From contig CAZBBX010000002.1 of assembly GCA_964490325.1 (NCBI GenBank), positions 253 through 64,252 of the forward strand: a stretch of DNA of 64,000 nt, written 5' to 3'. The notes beneath the pieces are model-generated. The model saw only the letters and a program-made list of their open reading frames with translations. It ran no database searches and was not told where the DNA came from. Shown here piece by piece: positions 9,898-18,900 of the stretch. The stretch is from an uncultured Oscillospiraceae bacterium (GTDB taxonomy: Bacteria > Bacillota > Clostridia > Christensenellales > CAG-138). Each line of letters starts with the position of its first letter. Position 1 is the first letter of the stretch. The translations under genes were made by a program, and so were the position numbers.

Positions 9898-10569
9898 ATG
9901 GATATTTTACAGGTACTTCTGACATCCTTGGGCTCGCTGGTCGTACTGTTCCTGTTGACCAAGCTGATGGGCAACAAGCAGCTCTCGCAGCTGTCCATGT
10001 TCGACTATATCGTTGGCATCACCATCGGTTCCATTGCCGCCGAGCTTGCGACCGAATTGGAGACGCCTCTGTACCCCCTTGTCGCGATGGCGCTGTACGG
10101 ACTTGCAGCGCTGACGATCTCCATCCTCACCAACAAGTCCCTAAAGATGCGCAGCTTCTTTGCGGGACGCCCCATCGTGCTGCTTGATAAGGGACGGCTT
10201 GACCGCAAGGGCTTCATCAAGGCGCGCTTGGATCTGGACGAGTTTTTGTCCATGGCGCGCAGCGCAGGTTACTTCGATGTGTCGCAGCTGGAGACGGCGC
10301 AGCTGGAGTGCAACGGTTCCGTGAGCTTCCTGCCAAAGGAGCAGAATCGTCCCGTGACGCCCAAGGATCTGTCCTTGAACCCTGCGCAGTCGCGCATCCC
10401 CTTCTCTCTTGTTTTGGACGGCGCTGTCAGCAGTGAGGCGCTGCGGCGTGCAGGCGTCAGCGAGGAGAAGCTGTTGGAGCAGCTTCGCGCCTTGGGCTAT
10501 GAAAACTGCCGTGCTGTCTTTCTTGCGTCCGTCAACGAGACGGGACAGCTGACTGTATACGGAAAATAA
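9898..10569 (+). CDS. DUF421 (YetF-like) membrane protein
   Basis: MDILQVLLTSLGSLVVLFLLTKLMGNKQLSQLSMFDYIVGITIGSIAAELA matches the YetF-family N-terminus. The ATG at 9862 would overlap the ileS -35, so 9898 is preferred. Confidence 0.7.
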   Translation: MDILQVLLTSLGSLVVLFLLTKLMGNKQLSQLSMFDYIVGITIGSIAAELATELETPLYPLVAMALYGLAALTISILTNKSLKMRSFFAGRPIVLLDKGRLDRKGFIKARLDLDEFLSMARSAGYFDVSQLETAQLECNGSVSFLPKEQNRPVTPKDLSLNPAQSRIPFSLVLDGAVSSEALRRAGVSEEKLLEQLRALGYENCRAVFLASVNETGQLTVYGK

Positions 10570-10591
10570 GGCGGATCCCGTTCGATCCGCC
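10570..10591. terminator. Hairpin between convergent genes
   Basis: GGCGGATC-ccgttc-GATCCGCC lies directly after the stop at 10569. The T-run is weak. Confidence 0.4.
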
Positions 10592-10618
10592 AAGAAGTTC
10601 TGTTCTTTTATGCTGCGG

Positions 10619-11530
10619 TCAGGCGCCCAGCTGCGCCTTTAGTACGTTGTAGATGCACTCCGCCATCGCAAGCTTCACAGCGTCGTCCTGCAGCTTGGCA
10701 CGGTCGGACTTGTTGTTCCAGTTGCCCATGATGAGCAGCACGCCCGGACAGTCGCTGCCGCTGATCATCGTGTCCTTAGCGGTCTCTACGCCGTTTCCCT
10801 TGCCCGCCTGTATGCCGATGCCTGTCGCCGTACTGTAAGCGGAGATGAGAGCCTTTGCATAGTCCTCATATTTGGAGGGGGTCTTGATGTAGCAACCGTG
10901 CGAACTGGAATCGATCTCGTTGCACATCAGTCGAATGACGATGTCGCTGTTTGCACTGCTTGCGGTCTTGGCACGGTCATCGTTGGAGACGGAGCTGCTG
11001 TTATCCGTGCGCGTCAGCACCACGGTCGCGCCCATGCTCTCCAAATATTCGCCTAAGTACTGTCCCATTTCCAAATTATAGGCGCATTCGGCGGAATACT
11101 TGGTGTTTCTGTCGCGGCAGGGATCCACGCAGATCGTGTAGCCATACAGCGGAAGGTTGGGATCGGGCGTGGGGGTTGACGTGGGAATGGGGCTGCCGTT
11201 CTCGTCCAAGGCAGGCGTAGCGGTACTGTCGATCGCAGGCGTGGCCGTCTCTAAGGAAGGCGTACCCATAGAAGGCGTATCCGCAGGATAATTGGACATA
11301 TTCGCCGTGGGGATGACGGTCGGCGTAACAACGGGTTCGGCCGTAGGCGTGGGCTGATCGTCCGCTACGACCGTTTGGAAAGCTGCGACCAGCTGCGGGC
11401 CGTTGTGCACAAGCCACGCTATACCCAAATACAGCAGGATGCCCACCGCAAGGCAGGCTATGCAAAACAGGGAAAATCCCAGCGGGTTGTTTATGCGAAG
11501 CCGCCGTCTTCTGTGCTTGATCCGCTTCAT
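10619..11530 (-). CDS. Membrane-anchored Amidase_3-like (N-acetylmuramoyl-L-alanine amidase fold) protein, probably catalytically degenerate
   Basis: N-terminal TM (FSLFCIACLAVGILLYLGIAWLV) followed by a Pro/Thr-rich linker. The C-terminal domain has Amidase_3-like landmarks ICVDP.., DIVIRLMCNE, PGVLLIMGNWNNKSDRAKL. The residues I would align to the Zn ligands and the catalytic Glu are not His/His/Glu (see finding). Confidence 0.5.
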   Translation of the reverse strand: MKRIKHRRRRLRINNPLGFSLFCIACLAVGILLYLGIAWLVHNGPQLVAAFQTVVADDQPTPTAEPVVTPTVIPTANMSNYPADTPSMGTPSLETATPAIDSTATPALDENGSPIPTSTPTPDPNLPLYGYTICVDPCRDRNTKYSAECAYNLEMGQYLGEYLESMGATVVLTRTDNSSSVSNDDRAKTASSANSDIVIRLMCNEIDSSSHGCYIKTPSKYEDYAKALISAYSTATGIGIQAGKGNGVETAKDTMISGSDCPGVLLIMGNWNNKSDRAKLQDDAVKLAMAECIYNVLKAQLGA

Positions 11531-11741
11531 TGTTACACCTCTTTTGGGGAGCGCTCCCCGATTCGATTCATTTTATCATGCCTTCCCAACAAGGGGCAGT
11601 GTTTTTGAAAAGGTTAACAAAAAGGTTAAAAATACGAGACGCTTAGAACGCATAATTTTAATAGATCCCCAAGTATTTCCAAAGCAAGAATTTTACCATT
11701 CGTTCACTTTCCTATCCGCGTTTCTATGATACACTAAATCC

Positions 11742-12599
11742 ATGCCGTACTTATTGACACACAGCTATTTTGGCTATACCGTAAGGGAAAAATTGCATGA
11801 TGCATTTGACGCGCAGCAGGCTTCACTGTTTTACCTTGGCTGCGTTGGTCCCGACGTCTTCTTTTTTGACCGCATCCCCCCCTCCCTGTTCCATGAGCAG
11901 CGCAAGGAGCTTGGCAATCGCCTGCACAATTTAGATGCGGGCAAGTTGTTTGACGCTCTTGTCTCGAACGAACGCACCGCGCAGGATAGCGCCTTTATCG
12001 ATGGATTTTTGTGTCACTTTGCTCTTGACGCCGCCGCACACCCCTATATTGAATCGCGCACCAAGGGTTGGGATCACACGCGCATGGAGGTCACCATCGA
12101 TATGCAGCTGTACCGCAGTCACAAGACGCAGCTGGGCAAGCCCGCCGCTCTGCAAAAAGCTGCGGACGCCGCAGTACCCGACGCACTTTTGACCGCCGCC
12201 TGCAAGAAGCTCTACGGTGAAGACTATGCGGGTGATTATCGGCGTGCGCTTGGCAAGTTTCGCTTCGTCCATCGCGTGACCTACGACCCGCACGGTGGCA
12301 AGCGCCGCTTTCTTTCGAGCGTGGAAGCGATCTTTCATAAACGCGGACTGTTGAGCGGCTTTTTGATGAGCGAGGATCTGCCCGATACGGAGGACGCCCT
12401 CAACGGGGCGCACAAAGCTTGGGCTGCGCCTTGGTTTCCCGAACGGATCCGCAGCGAAAGCTTTATGGAGCTGTTCGACCAAGGCGTATCAGACGCGGTA
12501 CAGCTGATCACACTGCATCGAAACGGCGACACAGCGGGTCTTTTGACGGCCTTGAACGGTCGATCCATGTCCCGTGGTCCCTTACCCCAGACCAAATAG
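11742..12599 (+). CDS. Zinc-dependent phospholipase C-like family protein
   Basis: MPYLLTHSYFGY..FYLGCVGPDVFFFD..FLCHFALDAAAHPYIE is the His/Asp-rich motif pattern of the PLC-like metal hydrolase family. Confidence 0.6.
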   Translation: MPYLLTHSYFGYTVREKLHDAFDAQQASLFYLGCVGPDVFFFDRIPPSLFHEQRKELGNRLHNLDAGKLFDALVSNERTAQDSAFIDGFLCHFALDAAAHPYIESRTKGWDHTRMEVTIDMQLYRSHKTQLGKPAALQKAADAAVPDALLTAACKKLYGEDYAGDYRRALGKFRFVHRVTYDPHGGKRRFLSSVEAIFHKRGLLSGFLMSEDLPDTEDALNGAHKAWAAPWFPERIRSESFMELFDQGVSDAVQLITLHRNGDTAGLLTALNGRSMSRGPLPQTK

Positions 12600-12612
12600 A
12601 GGAGCGTGTTCC

Positions 12613-13083
12613 ATGCCGTACAGCTGCTGTTTTACAGGACACAGAGACTTACCGCCTGACAACTCCCCCGCCTACGCAGCGCTGTATACCGCGCTGCAGG
12701 CAGCCATTGGCGAGCTTGCAGACGAGGGCTGCGTGGAGTTCATTGCCGGCGGCGCGCGTGGCTTTGATCTGTTGGCGGCAGCGCTGGTCTTGGAGGAAAA
12801 GCGGCTTCGCCCTTCCCTTCGACTGATCCTTATCCTGCCCTGTGCGGATCAGCCGCGTGACTATCCGATGAAGGATCGCAGGCTGTATCAGGCGCAGAAG
12901 CTTGCCGCAGACGAGTGCATCGTGCTCCATGAAAGCCACATCGCAGGCTGTATGCATGAGCGCAACCGCCTGATGGTCGATCGGGCAGAGCTGGTGGTCA
13001 GCTACCTGAGGGTGCCTCGCGGCGGCACGCAGTACACCGTTGACTATGCCCGACGCAAGGGCAAGCCCCTTCGCGCCCTGTAG
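12613..13083 (+). CDS. DUF1273 (YpsA-like SLOG) family protein
   Basis: MPYSCCFTGHRDLP..FIAGGARGFDLLAA..LILPC. GAGGAG lies 8 nt before the ATG. Confidence 0.7.
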   Translation: MPYSCCFTGHRDLPPDNSPAYAALYTALQAAIGELADEGCVEFIAGGARGFDLLAAALVLEEKRLRPSLRLILILPCADQPRDYPMKDRRLYQAQKLAADECIVLHESHIAGCMHERNRLMVDRAELVVSYLRVPRGGTQYTVDYARRKGKPLRAL

Positions 13084-13103
13084 GTTTCTCTTTTGCTCCA
13101 TCA

Positions 13104-13134
13104 AAAAGGTCGGGTTTTGCGCCCGACCTTTTCT
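13104..13134. terminator. Bidirectional intrinsic terminator
   Basis: AAAAGGTCGGG-ttttgcg-CCCGACCTTTT lies between the convergent stops at 13083 and 13158. Confidence 0.7.
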
Positions 13135-13157
13135 TGTGCTCGTATTCTTATGGAGCT

Positions 13158-15719
13158 TTACTGTGCTGCTGTGATGAAGCTTGCATCCATCACGCGGAAC
13201 TGCGTTGCATCATAGTAAGGTGAGATAACGCCTGTTACGATGACCGTGTTGCCCTCGCCAAGTCCCTGCAGCGTGGGGATCTTGTAGATGTTCATGGTGG
13301 CCGTGCTGTCATCCTCGTCGGTCAAAGGCGTGGTCCCGCTCGTGTTGATCGCTCCCAGAACGCCCTTTGTTTGAATGAGCTGACAGTCGATGGAATGTCC
13401 CGCCGCAACGATCTCGGCTATGGTCATCTCGGTCGCTGCAAGCGGCGTACCCGCAACCGCGCTTCCGACCATGGTGGCGCCGTTGATCTCGGGCATCTTG
13501 TTGTAGTACGCGATGGGACCTGAGATGGTGATGACGTCGCCCAGCGCTACCGTGGGCGACCCGCTCGGGAAATACAGGCAGATCGCGCTGCGCACACCTT
13601 CGATCTCCTCCTCGATGTACACGTTGGTGCCTGCATAGTAGGTCACGCTGCCTGTGAGCGTGTAGCTGCCGCTGCCGCCGTTAGCAAGCTTGTCCAGCAC
13701 GAAGGCGATGGTATGCACTTCGTTGGGATCCGCATCGGGATCGGTGGAGACCACCTGCCAGTCAAAGTCGATGCTCGGCGTAATGGTGCTGTCGGGCTGC
13801 GCCTTGATGTACTCGGCAAGGATGTTGCGGACCTGTCCCTCGTCCTCGTTGGCGCCAAAGTCGGAGCCGCTGTAGTAAAAGGTACGATCTGCCATGGTCG
13901 CCCACTTGTCCGTGCCCAAGACCGTTGTGTAGTTGCAGCCGCCTGCATAGCGATAGTTGTTGATCGCCACAAGGAAGACGTCCTCATCCTTAACGTCTGT
14001 GCCGTCTGGATACTTCAGCTCACTGACGCGTTCGCCGGAAGGCTTGTAGCTGAGCAAGGTGTAATCCAAGCCATACAGGGTGTCGAAGTACCAGCTCTGT
14101 CCCAGATAGCCCGCCGCCATATCCAGCCATGCGCGCACCTCGGCGCCTGTCATGGTTATGCCGTACAGCCAGTTCTCGTACTTGTAGAGCTTGAACATAT
14201 CCGTCATGGTGATGTCGCCTGCGTTCAGCATGTTGCTGCCGCTGACCGTGCTGGTGACAGGTCCCGCAATGGAGATGACCTTGTCGTATGCGCCTGTATC
14301 CTCGATCCAAGAGGCGACCTTATCGCCCTCCTCCTGCTCGATCGCCCAAATCTGCGCCTTATTGATCAGCTCCATCAGCGCGGTCGGCTCGGAGTCGAAG
14401 CTTGCCTTGGGGAAGGCCGCTGAGGCAGTGCCGATCTTCGTGTTCAGATAGCTGTTCCAAACCTCGTCCTCGTAGGGCTGCAGGATCGACTTGAGCTCCG
14501 TGTCCGCAGCCATGCCGCTCATGCCCTTGCTGAGGATGTCAAGCTTGGCTTCTCCCGTAATGGTGTTCACCGAGATGGTGATGTGTCCCACCAGAGACGC
14601 CTTGGTGCCCAAGGACACCACGGAAACGCTTGCGCCGCTCTTGTCGGTCAGGTAGGTCGTGCCGCTGCTGTGTGCGTGACCGGACAGCACCAGATCGATG
14701 CCCTCGCTGTTCTCCACAAGGCTGCGAACCTGATTCTCGCCAAGAGCATCCACTTCCGATTCGCTCTCGATGCCGCTGTGCACGGCCGCAATGATAAAGT
14801 CGCAGTTGATTGCCATCTCATCTGCATACCGCGCATAGGTCTCCGCCAACTCGCGGATCTCGATCCCCTCATAATTTGCGGGGGTCTCCCATTGCTCAAT
14901 GTTGGGGTTGGCAAGGCCGATGATACCGACTCTGTAGGCGTTGCCCAGCTCATCATAATAGGTGTTGACAACATAGGGCGCATAGCCGTTCCAAGTGTCG
15001 GACAGATCGATGGGATCCTCACGATCCGCATTCAGATAGTTCGCCGCCATGACGACAGCAGGAGTCTCTGATTCCGTGGCGTCCGACGTGAGGTAGCTAA
15101 GCTGACGGTTCAGCACGGACAGACCATAGTTGAACTCGTGATTGCCCAGAATATACGCATCGTAGCCGATGGTACGCAGCGTCTTCATGACGGGATCGTC
15201 GACCTCGCCGCGCTTGAGCGCATAGTAGGCGGTCAAAGGCGTACCCTGAATGGTGTCGCCCAAGTCCATCACATACACGTTTTTGTTGTCCTTGCGCACC
15301 TGCTTGACATAGCTTGCCACCTGCAGCATGCTTGTAGTCCCCGTGCCGCTGACGCCGGAGGTGTAGTCGGTGTTGTACAGAGCGCCGTGAACATCGCTGG
15401 TAGCAAGGATGTTGATCTTGATGGTGGACGCATCAAACCCATCTTGCAGCTTGACCGTGTAGCGCAGGATCAGTGCCGCATCCGCAGAGGTGACATGCTT
15501 GTCCGCGTTCACGTCCGCAATGGTTTTTTCCTCCTCGGTCAGCTCGTCCAGCTTGACCGTATAGCGCAGAATGACAGCTGCATCCGCAGAATCCGGCAGT
15601 CCGCTCTTGTTGAGGTCGCCTGCGATCACGCGCTCAGAAGCGCTTGAAAAGGCAGCAAGAGACAGGAGCATCATCATTGCCAGCAAAAGCGCCGACAACT
15701 TCTTCCAAGTTCTGTTCAT
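13158..15719 (-). CDS. Secreted 5'-nucleotidase/2',3'-cyclic phosphodiesterase-family metallophosphoesterase with N-terminal dockerin and C-terminal tandem OB-like module
   Basis: Signal peptide MNRTWKKLSALLLAMMMLLSLAAFSSA. Dockerin GDLNKSGLPDSADAAVILRYTVKL..DVNADKHVTSADAALILRYTVKL. Calcineurin-like motifs ILATSDVHG, DLGDTIQGT, GNHEFNYG, SGHAHS. A 5'-nucleotidase C-domain follows. GGAGG lies 6 nt before the ATG. Confidence 0.85.
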   Translation of the reverse strand: MNRTWKKLSALLLAMMMLLSLAAFSSASERVIAGDLNKSGLPDSADAAVILRYTVKLDELTEEEKTIADVNADKHVTSADAALILRYTVKLQDGFDASTIKINILATSDVHGALYNTDYTSGVSGTGTTSMLQVASYVKQVRKDNKNVYVMDLGDTIQGTPLTAYYALKRGEVDDPVMKTLRTIGYDAYILGNHEFNYGLSVLNRQLSYLTSDATESETPAVVMAANYLNADREDPIDLSDTWNGYAPYVVNTYYDELGNAYRVGIIGLANPNIEQWETPANYEGIEIRELAETYARYADEMAINCDFIIAAVHSGIESESEVDALGENQVRSLVENSEGIDLVLSGHAHSSGTTYLTDKSGASVSVVSLGTKASLVGHITISVNTITGEAKLDILSKGMSGMAADTELKSILQPYEDEVWNSYLNTKIGTASAAFPKASFDSEPTALMELINKAQIWAIEQEEGDKVASWIEDTGAYDKVISIAGPVTSTVSGSNMLNAGDITMTDMFKLYKYENWLYGITMTGAEVRAWLDMAAGYLGQSWYFDTLYGLDYTLLSYKPSGERVSELKYPDGTDVKDEDVFLVAINNYRYAGGCNYTTVLGTDKWATMADRTFYYSGSDFGANEDEGQVRNILAEYIKAQPDSTITPSIDFDWQVVSTDPDADPNEVHTIAFVLDKLANGGSGSYTLTGSVTYYAGTNVYIEEEIEGVRSAICLYFPSGSPTVALGDVITISGPIAYYNKMPEINGATMVGSAVAGTPLAATEMTIAEIVAAGHSIDCQLIQTKGVLGAINTSGTTPLTDEDDSTATMNIYKIPTLQGLGEGNTVIVTGVISPYYDATQFRVMDASFITAAQ

Positions 15720-15864
15720 CTTCTTCCTCCTTCAATGGAATACTTTTAGTATACAACAATTGTAGGATCCTGCCAACCATCTTTGCTCTGTCGGATCCGA
15801 ATTTTTACATTTTTCCATACCGTTGAGAAATTGTACACAACAAATGCGTGGCAGCAGGCTGCAA

Positions 15865-15900
15865 CAGAAAAGGGACGCCGCGGTTGCAGCGTCCCTTCTG
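15865..15900 (-). terminator. Intrinsic terminator after the S8 protease gene
   Basis: Minus strand GGGACGC-tgcaaccgcg-GCGTCCC followed by TTTTCTGTT, 16 nt after the stop at 15916. Confidence 0.7.
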
Positions 15901-15915
15901 TAGGGTCGTTTTCGG

Positions 15916-18900
15916 TTAGACGGGGTTCACCGCAGTGATGACCACGTTGAAGACGTAACCGGAACTTCCGTTGTTGGATTTTGCGTAAGCGCCCCAGCAA
16001 TTCGGATTGTTGTTGTTATCATACTTCATGGCGATCAAGCGCGTAGTGTAGGTTGTCGGCTCAATGGAGAAGACACCCGTGTCTGCATCCTTGGTGATCT
16101 TGAATTCCGCAGCGGTCTCCGAGATCGTCAGGTTCGTAGAGTTGGGAGCGCTGATGTAGCCCGCATTGGACTTGATGGTCCAAGTGCCTTCGGTCGCGCC
16201 TGCCGCGATCGTCCAAACCGTCGCTTCCGCTTCCGTGGTGGCGGAGGTCAGCTTGTTGCTGTTGACGGTGTCGGTCATGTAGTAGGTGGCGTCATTGTAG
16301 TCAACGGAGATCAGATACTGGCCTGCCGTGATGTCAGGTTCGGGTTCAGGCTCGGTAGCTTCCTCGGTCACCCACATGTCGCCTTCCATAACGCGCCACT
16401 GCAGCGTGTTATAGATGCCCAGCGTCAGGTATGCGCCGATCTTGTCGCCTGCACCCAGCTCTGCCATGTCATAATCGGCAATGGCGGGAGCCTTGTAGAT
16501 GGTCATCTCCTGCGTGCCATCGGTGACAACGATGTTGTAATAATCACCGTTGGCCGTGACGGAAACGACTTCCAGATCGAAGCTGGAATCCGTCTCGTCT
16601 TCGGGTGCGTCATACAACACCTGACTGCAGTACAGCATGCCAGCATACTCTTCGACGGACGCAAAGTCGATCGCGCCGAAGTTCCAGCTCTTGTCGTAGC
16701 TGTAGTCATCCTCGGAATTATCGAACTTGACCTCGTCGATGACTGCATTGCTCAGCTCCGGCAGTCCCTTATACCAAGCGGTGGTGCCCGTGACCTTGAT
16801 CACATCGCCCTGCTCCAGGTCCGTGGGGGTCTCCGCCATATAGGCGCAGATGCCGTAGTAGTCGTCCGTGCTGCTGCAATCAGTATAGGTGCAGCTCAGA
16901 TACACGTTCTTGCCATCGATGAAGGTGACGGCGCCAACGGTGGTGTAGGTTTCGGCCAGCGTTGCATCCTCCGCCATAGCGGTACGGATGTCGTTGATGG
17001 GCGTGTACTCAGGCGGGTTGACTTGGATCTCGTAAGCCGGGAAGTTGGATGCATAGTCCATCGGCGCTACATAAACGATCTCCTGCGTGTATCCGTCAAG
17101 ATCGAAATAGACGGTCGTGGAAGCACCCTTGTCCATGACAAACGCACGTCCCGTGATCCTCTTGCCAAGGCCGTCGTACAGGCCGATGTAATCCAAGTAC
17201 TGGTTATCGGACACGGTAACGCGCAGCATATGATCGGACAGAATCGGCAGCTCGTCCAAGCCGACCAAGTAACGCAGGATCTTTGCAGCATCCGCCGCAT
17301 TGATGGCTTCGTTCTCATTGACGTCGGCTTCGATCTTCTGATCGTCGGTCAGCTCATCCAGCTGGATGTCGTAACGAAGGATCGCTACGGCGTCGGCCGC
17401 GGTGATCATATCGTCTTGGTTGACGTCGCCCAGCATATCGACAAAGAGGTATGCGTCGTCAAGCTTCGGCGACTCGGTGTCAACGGTCAGACCGTACTCC
17501 CATACGATCTCATCGTCCCATTCCTCTGCGCTCATTGCGGCATAGTCGCCATTGAGCGCCCGGAACTTGCTCTCCAGCTCGGTCTCGTAGTCCAGCCAAG
17601 CATAGTACTTGATATCGACCTTCGTCTCGTTGGGCACATAGTTTCCATCCATGTCCGTGCCGTCCCAAATGAAGGTGCCCTGCGAGGAGAAGTAGCCGCT
17701 GTCATCAAGGTATGCCTTGCCTAGATACTCGGTATCGTCCACATAGTACAGCTCACCCGTTTCCTGATCAAAGACCAGCATGATCAGATGGCGTGCGTTG
17801 CGCAGCTGCATCGGGTAGGAGACCATAGCATCGTAGATGTAGCCATTGTTGCTGTCGCTCGTCTCGTTGGAAATGGCGTTGCGATCGGCCTCATAGTACA
17901 CATACGCCCAATAGCTGTCGCCCAGCAGACTAACAAGCTTGCCCTGATACAGCGATGCGGCATACGCTTCGTTGATGCCAATGTTCTGATCCAGGAAGCT
18001 GTTGTAGTCGTAGGTGCCGGAAAGACCATTCTTCACAATATAGGCGGTCACGTCGATCTCATCGCTGAAATCGTAGGTATCCAGCATCGCGCCGTCCGTC
18101 CAGTCGCCATAGAAGCCCAGATAGGTGGCGTGGATATCGGGAACACTTATATTATCGGTAATGCAGCTCAGCGTGATATAGCCCTCGAAATAGATACCAT
18201 TTGCATAGTAGTAATCGAGCGTGGCCTTGCCTTCTTCAGTCAGGGAGATAAAGATCTTGATCTTTTTCTCGCTTTGATTTGCATTGATCGTGAAGATATT
18301 ATCGACGCAGTTGCTGCTGCCGGTCGCCAAGCCTTCACTGATCATGTTCAAGGTCTGCAGCGTATCGAACTTATCCCCTCTGTACGAAATAGGATAATCG
18401 GTCAGGATCGAGAAGTCCACGGAATACGCAAGATTCTGATGATACGGATTCTTGATCGTCAGATCGAACACGTAGTCGCCGCTGCGCTCGGGATCGTCGC
18501 CCAGTTCCACCAAGGGTTCATCGATATAAATGGGCGTACCGCCGGCGTTTACAGCGTTGATGAGGCCTGCGCCCTGCTTGCGCGGGGAAACGGGATCGCC
18601 ATAGCTGTCTGTTTGAATGATGGCGGTGTTCTCAACGGTCGCCTCAAGAATATGAGCGCGCTCCGCCTTCGTTATGCCGGCATAAAGCGGGCTGCTGCTG
18701 ATCGCCTGAATGACCGTAGCGAACATGCCGGTCGCGTTAGGCGCAGCCATGGAGGTGCCGCTGTAGACTTCGTATGCGCTGTCGCTGGTGTTGACAGAGG
18801 AATACACCATGCCGCCGGGCGCCGTGATCATGGGCTTGATAGCCAGATCGGAGGTGGTGCCCCAGGAGCTGAAGTCGCTCATGGTGCCATAGGTGGGATT

